Of a DNA stretch of 64,000 bases, positions 12,861 to 62,180 are shown one piece after another. The stretch spans positions 66,340,001-66,404,000 of the forward strand of contig NC_043010.1 of assembly GCF_006345805.1 (NCBI RefSeq), written 5' to 3'. A program made the translations under genes and the position numbers. Within the stretch, counting starts at the first letter, position 1. The number at the start of each line of letters is the position of its first letter. The stretch is from Octopus sinensis. Taxonomy: Eukaryota. The notes under the pieces are model-generated. The model made no database searches and was not told the DNA's origin. It saw only the letters and a program-made list of their open reading frames with translations.

Positions 12861-14056
12861 AGTCAGTAAAGCAAGACTTAGCAGGAGTCCTTCAAGGATG
12901 GTTTCCACAAGATGCCCTTCCTAACACCAACCACTATTTAGTGTTTATATCATGGCACCACCACTAGAGAACGTCATATGTTGTCAACAAGAGTAAACCC
13001 TACATTGTTTGTTTGATTTGTTAACCATTTTGGAGTGTATGGGGTTCCTTTCATTATGGATTCAACACTAGAGAGGTTACTAACCTCTTCTAGTGTTGCA
13101 CTAGATAGGTTCAGTTTTCGATGACTTTTAACACTAATAGCCAATGCATTGCTTTGCCATCAAAATTTCTGAGTTTTTTTTATTTTTTACTTGGACTGAG
13201 TACTCAGCAGCACTAAATAACCTCTAATTAGAAAAGGACGGAAAAGTATGCCTATTAAGAAAACACTGGCAGTACAGGCTGCTTGTTTGTTTCAAATATT
13301 AATTACACATTCCCTTCTAATGCCCACTACTTTACAATGTGGGCCGGATGCTTTTGACTGGTGATGAGGAATTAATAAAGTGCTGGTAGTATAGTCGAGT
13401 AGTCTAAGGGGCTATTTTAAGGCACCAGTCTCTTTGGAGGTATGTGTTCAAATCCCTCTCCACTGCCAGAATACAGTCTATTTGTTTTGTGCCAGGCTAT
13501 GTGAAAAGCACCTGTGCTGGTGCCACATAAAAAGTACCTCTGTCAGTGCTATGTAATAAGCACTCAGCACATTCTGATAAGTGGTTGGCATTAGGAAGGG
13601 CATCCAGCCATAGAAACCAAGCCAAATCAGACGGGAACCTGGTCCAGCTCTCCAGCGTGCTAGATCTGGTCAAACTGTGCAATCCATGCCAACATGGAAA
13701 ACGGACGCTAAACGATGATGTTGAAGAAAGTGTTAATTCTAGATTGTATTTTAGTCTGGTAGCTATCAACTACTACTTATTTGTTTATATATGTGAATGG
13801 AATTCTCAGCATAAGTTATGTATAATGCTAGCAGATTATATAGTTAAATTGTCATTCAGTATTCAGCTAATATTCAGTATTAACCCCTTTTTGTGACATT
13901 GATATTAGGATAGGAGAATTGACACAAAGGAACTCAAATTATTTACTTTAGGTTAGCTACTTTGCTATGTCAGTTATTAATTCAAATCCTGCCAGGTATG
14001 TCTTGCTTTTTCCATTATCATTGGCATTGATAGAATTGGAACAAGTAAATATGTGA

Positions 14057-14521
14057 ACATTATTTACATTTGATGGATATTTAACCTCATCTTGTTTGTT
14101 GATAACGTGTTTCGGCTGATATACCCTCCAGCCTTCATCAGGTGTCTTGGGGAAATTTCGAACCTGGGTTCTCATTCCTAAGGTATTTTTCGATAGTGTT
14201 GTTGGTATTGTTGTTGTTGTTCAGGTCACTTTCTGGAATTGAACTTGGAATCTTGGTGTTAATAGCCCGTGCTCTTAACCACTATGCCATGTGCCCCTCG
14301 GAATCTTGGGGTTAAGAGCGTGGGCTACTAACCCCAAGATTCCGAGTTTGATTCCAGGTAGTGACCTGAATAATAATAATATTGAAAAATACCTTAGGAA
14401 TGAGAACCCAGGTTCGAAATTTCCCCAAGACACTCGATGAAGGCTGGAGGGTGTATCAGCTGAAACGTTATGTTATCAACAAACAAGATGAGGATAAATA
14501 TCCGTTAAATGTAAATAATGT
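14057..14521. mobile_element. Inverted dimer of a tRNA-headed SINE-like unit whose 3' half has a hammerhead-like motif
   Basis: Left arm 14057-14280 and right arm 14310-14521 are reverse complements. Minus-strand head TGGCATAGTGG...GTTCAATTCC, and CTGATGA-A-GGCTG..CAGCC-GAAAC. Confidence 0.75.
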
Positions 14522-17284
14522 AAATAATGTACCTAATTCCTCATCTCTTAAATATAGAACTGTAAATTTGTGAAGCTCTGATTTCATTTAATTCAAAATT
14601 ATCATATTAGCCATAGTTCATGTACAGTAGATGTTTATTGCTTTCATGCTTTCCCTCTAATGTGTATGATAAAGGGTGAAGGTGCATGGCTTAGTGGTTA
14701 GGGTATTTGCCCCACAACTGCAAGGTAGTGAGTTCAATTCCTGGTGACGCATTGTATCCTTGAGCAAGACACTTTATTTTTCATGATGCTGCAGCTCAGT
14801 CAGCTGGCAAAAATGAGTAGTACCTGTATTTCAAAGGGGACAGCCTTGTCAGACTCTGTCAAGCTGAATCTCCTTGAGAACTACTTTAAAGGTACACATG
14901 TCTGGAGTGCTCAGCCACATGCACATTAATTTCACAAGCTGGCTGTTCTGTTGATCAAGTCAACTGGAACCCTCGTCATCATAACTGATAGAGTGCCAAT
15001 ATGATAAAGGGTGAGTGGCAGTATTGTTAGCATATCAGACAATATGCTTAGCAACATTTCTTCCAGTTCCTTACATTCTGAGCTCAAGCCCTGCTGAGGT
15101 CAACTTTGCCTTTCATCCCTTCAGGGGTCAGTAAAATAAGGCACTAGTTGAAAATAATTGACTTGTCTTCAAAATTGTTGACAGACTAACATCCTATTCA
15201 AGGGAATGTTGTGATTTCGGTCACTTATATTGCTGTGGAAACCAGGTAACTGGCCTAATAAGTCCTAGGGCTCAAGGAGGTGGGGGGGAGGAGGAGGAGG
15301 AGATACTGTTGGTCCCCCTGTACTGAATTTTGATTTGAATTCTAATCATTGAAATTATGATCCGTGTTAGATAGTAGATATATCAGTTGCTTAGTCATTG
15401 ATGTTGATTTAACTTAGAAAGCACAGTAGTTCTGAAGTAGTGATATAGTTGTGGAAGCTTTGTGCGAGAACTAGGAACTTGTGTGACTTGTACATGTGTA
15501 CCGAAATTGTTGCATCTGTAGATTTTTTTTTTGTGGGGAGTGAGATTGGATTCAGTCCCATTGTGTGGTTGAGAAGCAAACATCTTACCACCACATAGCC
15601 ATGCCTGCACCTATATGATGATGTTGAAATGATCATTGACAAAGGAAAACAAGTGAGCTGATGCTGAACTATTTTCCTTTATCCTATCAGCTGTGCTCAT
15701 GTAAGACAGAACCTTATTAACAAAGACATACATCTGCATAATGGATATATTTGTGAGTGATGGTCTCAATCTGTTGCCAAGTTCAACATTACCACCTGGC
15801 CCTCGAGTTCCTTTAGTGGAGCCCACTCTGTTGCAAGCATTTGGGCCAGTTGCCAGACTGATGATAACTTCCTCCAGAGGGTCTGGAAAGGGTGATGAGT
15901 ATCTCCATTTCTCTCTCAATGAAGCAAATATTTAAAAAGAAAGAAAAAAATCCACACAAGGCTTAAGAGTGCTAGACTTGGAGTTACCAAATGTGGAATT
16001 GGAGGGTCTTGGGATTGTTGTATAAAAAGTGTTAGTGATGTAAAACTTAAACCATTTACTGATTTTTTTTTATATCAGAAATAATTTTGGCTTTCCAAGG
16101 GACTGGTTGCAGTCTTTTTGTCAGTAAGATGAAATTTATTTTATAGGCTCAGTTATGTTCTTTAGATAGAGTCTGCAGGTTTTCTTTATGATATTTTTTT
16201 GTGTATATTTATTTATTTACATGGATGTTCTTGTCATGTGTTTTGGGTTACCTGAGTATGTCTCTTTTGAACCAAATGTAGATTTGTTTAAGTTGCTACA
16301 TCAAATATTTCTGTATAACCAAATGGTTCTTTCTTTTTCAAGAAAGGAGGAGGATGATGATGTACATTGGATAATATAGATGTTATTTGCAGGAGATTTG
16401 ATTGCTATTTCTAGGAGGTTGAGCAACCATACATTCCACTTAGGTATTGTCATAGAAGGATATCTAAATACCACAGGGTAAACTAAAAACTTCGATGTCC
16501 CTTCATTGAATTGATACTTCATATTGAATACTTATTGTTTTGCATGCATTGACATACGTTCATTCACCCATGTGCTCATGTGATAGGCTTGTGCATAGTT
16601 TCTACTGACCAAATTCCATTCACAAGACAATGGTCAGTCAATCCAAGGCTATGCCTGAACAAAATTGCCCAAGTTGTCACATATTGGAATTGAACAAACA
16701 TAATTGCAAAACAAACTTTTTAACCTCATAGCCATGCCCGCACCCACCTTCTGTTGTGTGTAGCTTATCCTGTATGAAGAATTAAAAAAAAACCCTAAGG
16801 AGGTCACTATTGCAGTCCAGTGAAAGTATTCAGTCTGTCCTGATTATGTAATTATTGGGTTGTCTAATAAATTCGTTTTTTTCCCCTTTCCAATGTTATT
16901 TGAATTATCAGGAAAAATATTTTAATTGTAGCATTTTTTTTTTGGAGTTCTATTCTTCCTCTACAGCTTTTGTATCATATTTGAAATTTGAAATTAAGTT
17001 TACCTCTTTTATGACAAATAACTAGAACAGCTTTGTAAATAAACAAATATACATCCCCAAAAGTAATGTAAATATTCTACAGCCTCCATCTCAAGAATAT
17101 AATGGAGCCAAAAAAATAAGTATAAAATGTGAACAAATTTATTTGGCGACCAATAGTTTAAATCAGTTGTAAAATAGTTTTTCTATTTTATTTTTATATC
17201 AGTTAAAGAAGAAAACAAAATCTGTTTGATAAATTTTGCTTTGAAGTAACACAATGTCTCTAATTTTCTATTTTATTTCTTAGG

Positions 17285-53385
<36,101 letters not shown>

Positions 53386-54523
53386 AACGGCTAGTTTTTG
53401 TTGTTGTTGTTCTTCTTTCTTTCTATTGTTGGTGCAGTAGTATAGTCAGCTACTTCCAGTGTTCTCTGGATACACCTGCCCCCTCCCCCCACTTTTTTCT
53501 TTTTTTTTTCTCTCTCTCTCTCTCTCCCCCCCTTTTTATGTGGTCCATTGTAAGATTAAGTATGCGTGTGCTTAAGGGATTTAAGCTGGACCCTTGTAAG
53601 CAACACAAACCACCACCCCCATTTATTATATACTTGCTATAAAATATATATATGTATGTGTTTGTATGTATATATATATATATATTACCAAAAAAAGAAA
53701 ATACTGGTGTATGATAGTAAAGAAAATATTAAAAAAAACATCATCGCTAAAAGAGTATGATAAAAGGTGGGGTGAAAAAAAAGTTCAGGATTGAGATGAA
53801 CCTGTAATTTTTTTTTCCTTTTTTTTTTTTTTATTTTATTATTAAACTATTTCTTTCATTATTTTAAGCTCATCACTGAAATAAGTGGAGACAGAAACAG
53901 AAACAAAATTAAACAACATAAAAAAAAATACAAAAAAAAATATAAATAATCCCAAGAAAAATAGAAAAAAAAGTATCTTGTTAGAAGTTTGATAGGATAA
54001 ATTTGAAGGAAAAATGGAAGAAGAAAAAATATTGTAAAAAAAAAAGAAAAAGTCCAAAATTTCATAAACTTTGACCTTTAGCTTAAATGTGTGTGTGTGT
54101 GTGTTTTCTTTCTAATTTTACAAAAAAAAAAAATTCTATCATTAATGCATATATCTTGATTGATTGATTATTTTTTGTGGGTTAGACTACTAGTTAATTA
54201 CCCTGAATATATTTGGTTTAGTTCAGTATACATGTCTTGCTTAGGATAGCGGATGTCCCTCTTTCCTTGTCCTCCCCCACACAGTCTCCTCATGCGTGTC
54301 TCTTAGTCTGTCTGTCTGTCTGTGAGTGTGTGTGTGTTCATCTTCCATCTCATAAAAATAATTAAAAAAATGTCCCCTTCCAAAAAAAAAAAAAAAAATA
54401 AGGAATAGAAACAGATAGGCAGATGAATCTTTTCTCTTTACAATGGCTATTTGGTGTATGTGTGTGTCTGATATGTGTGTGCTTGTATTTTCCCCATACC
54501 TCTGTGTGTGTGTGGTGTGTGTA

Positions 54524-54556
<33 letters not shown>

Positions 54557-55230
54557 GGTTTTGGCTATTGGGCTGTAGCTACACTGGGGCATCTACTTCA
54601 AAAGTTCAGTCAAGCTTATTGACCCCTAGTACTTAGATACACACACATATACATAATATATGTGTGAGTGTTGTGTATTTACAGGTATGTGTATGCACAC
54701 ACCTGTACACCTGTGTCCATGACCTGTAGAGCCAAAGCATGATTTTTTTCAGCCCTACTTAATCTTGGTGCTTGTATTTACACACAGATTAGAGCATACA
54801 GAAGTTTGTATGCATAACATCTCAGATGGCTCCCTGCCTCTGATATACGTTTCCTACAGCTTCGAAGGATTACTGTTGCCTCTGAAGACAATTGTTGACA
54901 TGCTACACACACACGCACACACACACAAACACACACATTATATAACATTTTATAATATTGTATAAAATGACTTTAGTGGTATGAATTTTTTTTCTCATCT
55001 GATTTTTTTCTTTTTCCTTCTATTTTGGTATGGCTTCATCTTTTTTTTTTTTTTTAATTTAATTTTTACTTTATATGTTTTCCACATATAATACACACAA
55101 ACCTGCACTCTTTTCTCTCTTCTTCTTTTCTTTGCCCCAAATTGTATTTTTGTGTCTTGCATATAATAGGAACCACATGAAAGCATGCTTCTTCATATAT
55201 ATATATACTGTGTGTGGGTGTGTACATGCG

Positions 55231-55264
<34 letters not shown>

Positions 55265-56357
55265 CATGTTAGCCTACATACATACATCAATTTATGTATG
55301 CATACAGATATACTTAATACAGTTTGAAAAGTTGTGGATTCCCTTTTTTACTTAACTGGATATGAACCCTGTAAAATGACCTGTGTGTTATTATGGAGCA
55401 TGTTTGATAATTTTGTAACAAGATAGAGGAATTGCTTTCGGGATCCAAGATTTTTTTTTCTTCTCATTTATTGAATGGCATCTTGTCCTCTCTTTTGTTT
55501 TCCTATTAGAAATATTTTTAGTTGAATAATATTTTTTTGTTGTTTCTTTTTCAGGGTAAAATTGTATGGATGGTAAAATTTCGTGTATGTGTGTGTACAC
55601 ATAGATTTGAACATGTTAATCTTTTCTTTGTCTCTCTTTTTTCTCCTGATTACTGTGCAGTTGCAATACTGTGTGTGTGTGTGTGTATATATATATATAA
55701 CTTACTCTTCTTGGGTATATAGAGAGACTGTTGTCATGATGTCAGCATAGAAATAGAGGTGTTATGACTTGTCTGTCTGTTCAATTCTTGCCTACATCAG
55801 ACATCATCTCCAGTAGCAATTTTCCACCAGGAAGTTGCCTTCCAACTCCTCTTCATAATATACATAATAATAATAATAATAATAATAATTTTTACATATA
55901 CATACAAATATATATATATATAATATATATATATATATAATTGGAAATTGCTGCCGGTTTGTGATGTTTAGTTAAAAATGGCTCTATTTCTGGGTTTATA
56001 CACGTATTTTTATATTGCCTCAGTGTATATATATATATACACACTTTGAAGTACATGACTTGCATGCATTGCATTTGTTTGTGGCTATTCATTTCTTTTG
56101 AATCTAACCATTCAAGTTTATTTAAACTCTCGGGACACAAGTCACTTAATTGCAAACCTATTTCACCCACCAGCATTGTCCCCCCCCCCTTGCTCCTTCC
56201 CTCCCCCCACCCGTCTCCTTCCTCACTCATTGCCTAATTGTTTTTGCATTTAGAATAATAACCTCCTCCGCACATCCTCCTCCTCCTCTATTCACATGAC
56301 ATTGATAAAAAGAATCGTTAGTCTTAAATGCTGGAAGAAACACACTATGCATGACCA

Positions 56358-56388
<31 letters not shown>

Positions 56389-56446
56389 CCACACATGCAC
56401 CTTTTTTTAATTCTTTTATTTTCTCCCTCTCGTTCTCCCTGTCTGT

Positions 56447-56494
<48 letters not shown>

Positions 56495-56829
56495 TCTGTG
56501 TTCCAATGTCATCGGCCGTGTGCTAAGGCAGTGATCGTATTGTGGATCTGTGAGGTGGAATAATTCGTGCGTGAACTTTGTTGTGTTTGAGTTAGGTTTA
56601 GCGAGGTTGGCCAAGCTTGGCTAGAGAACGGTTTAACGGTAACGTGAGTATATAATAGTGCCGACATGATATTTTGAATATCGTGGATAGCGAATGTCAG
56701 CAGCATCTTGTGGACTTGATGTAGGATGGCGAAGAAGATGTTGTTTCTAGCAAATTCTTCTTTTTTTTTCTCCCCCCCAATTTTTGCAGCAGTCTATTAA
56801 AATGTCCACTGCGTGTGTGTGTGCATGCA

Positions 56830-56874
<45 letters not shown>

Positions 56875-56957
56875 ATACATACACATGCTTGTACACAAGT
56901 AGTTTTCATAAATACCTCCCTTACATCCACCTATATTCAAAAGTTGTCTTAAGATTT

Positions 56958-56988
<31 letters not shown>

Positions 56989-56989
56989 T

Positions 56990-57054
<65 letters not shown>

Positions 57055-57066
57055 TATATATATAAT

Positions 57067-57098
<32 letters not shown>

Positions 57099-57500
57099 AT
57101 ATATATATATATATATAATATATATATATATAAAGACACTTTCCCCCCCACTTGAAGGCATGGTGGGGGCAGAGGTGTGTCAGTTTCATTTTAAAAAAAA
57201 GAATTGAGACAATTTATTTAAAAAAAATATATACGAAAAAATATAAAAAAAAACCCACAAAAAGATGAAAGACAAAAACAGAACAAACCACACAGCCACT
57301 ACATCTGTACATGATATTTATATTGGTATAATATTTTAATATCTAGGGAAGGGTATCTTAGTTATATTCCAGGAAGCCAGCAAGGCTGAAGAGAAAATGC
57401 CGGAAAGCATTTTTCTGACTGGTTTTTGAAATGACACAAAAGAAAAAAAAAATACAAAAAACAAACAAACAAAAAACCAACAAAACAAATGTAAGTTTGT
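53386..57500 (+). other. Putative long 3' UTR / 3' flank of PAP (end not determined)
   Basis: Follows the stop codon, is nearly free of the SINEs seen elsewhere, and has ATTAAA variants at 53728, 53841, 54361 and 56796. Confidence 0.4.
56958..57131. repeat. Long (TA)n microsatellite with AATA interruptions
   Basis: Seen directly. Many shorter (TA)n, (CA)n and (CT)n tracts occur across the window. Confidence 0.95.
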
Positions 57501-57520
57501 CTTCTTCTTATTACTGATAT

Positions 57521-57552
<32 letters not shown>

Positions 57553-57573
57553 TCATTATTATTATTGTTACTT

Positions 57574-60500
57574 AAGGTGGCGAGCTGGCAGAATCGTGAA
57601 CACACCGGGCGAAATGCTTTCCGGCATTTCATCCGTGTTTTTATGTTCTGAGTTCAAATTCCGCCGAGGTCGACTTTGCCTGTCATCCTTTCGGGGGTCG
57701 ATAAAATAAGTACCAGTTGAACACTGGGGGTCGATGTAATCGACTTAAGGCCTCTCCTCCAAAATTACTGGCCATCTGCCAAAATTTGAGATCATCATCA
57801 TCATCATCATCATTATTATTATTATTAAAAGCGGTGAGCTGGCAGAATCGTTAGCGCATCGGACGAAATGCTTAGTGGTATTTTGCCCATCACTGCATTC
57901 TGAGTTCAAATTCCGCTGAGGTTGACTTTGCCTTTCATCCTTTTAGGGGTTGATAAAATAAGTACCAGTTGCTTCCTGGGGTTGATCTAATCGACTGGCG
58001 TCCCCTCCCCCAAAATTCCAAGCCTTGTACCTTTAGTAGAAAGGATTATTATTTATCATTATTATTATTATTATTCTATTCTAGCAAGGATGGTGGAGTG
58101 TTAGACAAAAATGTGTATTTGGTTGTTTCTTTTTACAGTGGGTTCAACCACACACCCCTTTCCCACCCACTGAGGTCAAACATTGCCTTTCATTCTTTCC
58201 AGGAGTTGAAAATCACCAAGTTGAAGAACTGGTGGCAAAATTTAATTGAACACTGCCCCTTCACCTCTACCTCTTCCCCCCCACGGTAGAATTCCTGGTC
58301 TTTCTACCAGAAATATAAGACGGCCGTAGATTGGTCAGAATCGTGCTGGGTGGGTGGGTGGGTGTAGGGTGGGGAACGAATACTGTGTGGTGCTTGTTGT
58401 AGCTCTTTAGGTTCTGAGTTCAAATCCTACCAACGCGAGGTGAATGTTTGCTTGTCATCCTTTTTCAGGATCAGTGAAATAAAGAACTACTAAAATACTG
58501 GGGTCGTTTTATCAACCAAATCGCTCCCCACCAATACTCAGATTCTTGGTCTTCTGCTTAAATTAGAAACAATTATTATTATTATTATTGTGAAGGTGGC
58601 AAGCTGGCGTAAACATTAGCATGCTTAGAGGTATTTTGTCTGTTTTTATGTTCTGTGTTCAAATTCTGCTGTGGTCAACTTTGCCTTTCATCCTTTCAGG
58701 GTTGATAAATTAAGTACCAGTTGCGTTCTGGGGTTGATCTAGTTGACTGGCTCCCTCCCCCTGAATTTCGGGCCGTGTGCCCAGAGTAGAAAATATTATT
58801 ATTATTGTCCATGAGGCAGTGAGCTGGCAGAATCTTTAGCGCACCAGGCAAAATTACGTGTCTCTGTGTTCTGAGTTGAAATTCCGCCACGGTCGACTTT
58901 GCCTTTCATGCTTTCAGGGTCAATAAATTAAGTACCATTATTATTGTTGAGGCAGCAAGCTGGCAAAATTGTTAGCATTTGTCGAACTATGGTTCTTATT
59001 ATTCTTGTATAGCCCCTTCAAGAGTCATGGAGTGGCAGAACCTGTAGAATGGTGGCATAAGCCTTCACATTTAGTCAGGTCCCTTCACATTTTCTGTTCT
59101 AATCCCAGTAAGGCCTTTCATCCTTCTGGGTTAGCAGCCAAGTATCTGGTTGATTTAATTGGTTGTTTCCTCCTATAAATTGTGCTATTTTGCCAGTGCA
59201 AGAATTTATTATTATTATTCTCTATCATCATCATCCTCTATCATCATCATCATAGTCATCACCATCATTATTGTCAGCAACAAAGGCGGGGCAGATATAT
59301 GGGGACAGTTGTCTAGTTGGGATGTTTCACTTAATACAGGCGAATTCTTAAAAATGGTTATTTTTGCCTTCATTCTTTCTCTAGTCAAGGAAACCTATAC
59401 TAATGATATACTGTGTTGATCATATTGACTGTATGACTCTAAAAGAAAAAAATGCTTTCTGTTCAGTCAAAAAAAACAGTTACCATTATCATTATGCATG
59501 GTGATTGATAAAAGTACCTCTAATATACTTGGAATTTGATTGACAATATCCATTCTCTATAAATGGATTAATATAAATGACAATGTCCCTTATCTATAAT
59601 GAATTTTTACATTGGCACAATTATTATTATTATTGAGTGAGAGAGCAGTGCATGCCATCAAAGTGACACTGGGGTACAAATATACGAAGCCCAGTATACC
59701 CATCATGACTACCCGTCTGATAAGGCACATGCATCACAACCATATGTGTGTGATATGGTGATTTCATACGAAGATAAACAGCACATGACCTTGCAGGTGG
59801 GGCCCAGTTAGAATTTTCTTCTGGTCGAGTAACCCATCCCACTCAGGTCCTTGAATAAGGGTTATTTAAGAATGTTAAATGAAACACCCATGTTTCCAGA
59901 GGTGAATTATTTAAACCCCAAATAATCCCTCTCTATTATTATTATTATTATTATTATTAAGACAGTGAGCTGGCAGAATTGTTTGTGTTGGATGAAAATG
60001 CTTAGCAGCGTTTCTTGTGGCTCTTTCTGTTCCGTGTCCATATTCCGTCAAAGTTCACTATGCCTTTCATCCTTTAAGGGTTTGACGTAATTGACCAACA
60101 CAAAATTTCAGGTTTTGTACCCTGCAGTAGAAAGACTTTATTATTTCTGTGGTGGATTGGCAGAAATGGTTGAGAGTTCTCAAGCAAAGATATTTTACAG
60201 TATTCATGATTCTTCCATCACATTGTGAGTTCAAACCTCACTGAGGTCAACCTTCTTTCATTCTTCTGGGCTTGATAATGTATATATATAGTTCCAGTCA
60301 AAACTTGCGGCCAGTTATTGACTAATCTACCTCTCTTCACTAGACTTGTGGCTATCTGTCTATGTTAGAAACCATTATTGTTAACATTTTATTTGGCTTA
60401 ATAAAAATTGGCTTGGTTTTCAGTTGCAGTCTGCACCACTTCAGTTGAGAGATATTCTTTACTCTCTCCCTTCTCAGGAGACCCCCCCCCCTTTTTTTTT

Positions 60501-60920
60501 CTTCTATGTGAAACAATTAACAAATAATTGTTTGGTAGATCAGCAAGTTGGCTCTTGAGCCTTGAGAATCTAGTTTCAAATTTTGTATGGGAACCCCCTT
60601 TCATTTACTCCCCTGACTTCTTGCCCCTCTCCCTCTCATCAGTGCACGGCCTGATATTTACAATCTTACAACAGCAGATCTCAGACTTCTTGTATAAGTT
60701 ATATATGGTCCTACCAAGGTGAACGTAGGCATGTGGTGAACAGGATTAGAAAGAATCCCTTGCAGTAGTTGAGTAAGGATCTCATTATCTTCTGGGTTCA
60801 AAGCCTGCCAGGAATCAACCTTGTCTTTCATTTCTCCAGGGTCAGATAAATTCAGTACTGGTTAAGGTGATCAACTACCCTAAACTCCCAACCTCCACCT
60901 GTGTGTGTGCATGTTAGAAA
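57574..60920 (+). mobile_element. Head-to-tail cluster of about 11 SINE family B-related copies
   Basis: Repeated GAGCTGGCAGAA heads and GTTCAAA / CCTTTCATCC bodies separated by (ATT)n/(ATC)n, all on the + strand. Confidence 0.75.
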
Positions 60921-61371
60921 TTATCATCATCATCATCATTATCATTGTTGTTCTTCACCCCCCCTTGCCAAGATATATAAGTCTGTAAAACCCAGTTTCA
61001 ATTCTTGCTTGTAGCCACTTCTCTTTCTGCTACTAACACTCCTGGGGAAAGGCATGAATGTAACACGATCCCATCCAAATCTAAAAGCCTTGAACCCATC
61101 TAAGGAATCATTGTTATTATTGTAGATTATACTAATTGATGTTTTATATCACCCCCCTCCCCTCACTTTTTTTATATTTTAATTTTATTTAAACCTCCCT
61201 TTTAAGTTTCAAATCAACTTAAAGATGTCATAAGTGAACTCACATCTCCTGATATTTCATTCATTGTAACTGATTCGTTCTTTTTCTTTTTTCTTCATTT
61301 TTATTGTTTTTTTTTGTTTTGCTTCAATGTCTATTATTATCATTATTAAATTTTTTGTTACTTGCAGACTA

Positions 61372-61402
<31 letters not shown>

Positions 61403-61779
61403 TGCATACCTCACTTCACAGAGCGCACATGGCCCCCTACACACACACACAAAAAAAAATAAATGAAGAAACATGCTGCTCCCCGACACCCAATTTCACA
61501 TTGCAGTAAATATGTGGTTGAAACCAAGCCAAAGTAAAAAAACAAAACAAAACAAAAAATATTAAAAAAAAACAAAACAAAAACAAACAAAAAGCAAAAT
61601 ATAAAAAAAACTCAAACAAACAGAACCACACCCCAAGTAAATGTAGACAAGGTGTTTGTACTCATCCTCTCTCTTTTTTTCTCTCTCTCTCTCTGTCAGC
61701 TTCGTCAAGAAACTGGTGTTTGGATATTTTTCATTTGGACTATTAATATGGCAAAAGTTTTATGATTTCTTCATCTTCT

Positions 61780-61813
<34 letters not shown>

Positions 61814-62180
61814 GATCACATACTCACTGTTTTTATATATATTTTTTTTCTATTACTTATTCTTCCAATTTAATTTCTTTTTGCCTCCTCTTTCCTGTCC
61901 CCTGTCTTATTTTCTTTCCTTCCTTCTAAAAAAAAAAGTTTAAAAAAAAAAAAGAAAGCCAACTTGCTCTTCCCTTTTTGCAGTTTTGTGTCTATATTCA
62001 TTTCTTTCCCCCCTCCCCCCTCTGTTTTTTTTTTTTTTCCTTTCTATATACATATATATATATTTTCTTTTTACAGCTGTTAAGCATTCCTTATTCCTAG
62101 GTAACATCTTGTAAGATTATTTTTTTAATTAAAAATTTTCATTCTCAAACTGTTTTGTCTTTTGTTTTTCTTTTCTTTTT

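Noticed and set aside
14220-14300. tRNA-like sequences with A/B boxes here and at SINE A/B heads
   Set aside because: No complete cloverleaf or acceptor stem and no Pol III terminator. They continue into repeat bodies, so they are SINE heads rather than tRNA genes.
15615-15668. C/D-box snoRNA-like ATGATGA...CTGA
   Set aside because: Only about 54 nt, no terminal stem, and such motifs arise by chance in (GAT)n-rich sequence.
15611-15935. 102-aa minus-strand ORF (MREKWRYSSP...) in a moderately GC-rich block
   Set aside because: No recognisable domain, TTG start, no convincing donor, and stops in the alternative frames. Possibly an old TE fragment. A BLASTx hit would overturn this.
60398-60722. 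Short ORFs on both strands (e.g. MKGGSHTKFETRF...)
   Set aside because: No homology I recognise, they span homopolymer runs, and they lack a consistent splice-site pair.
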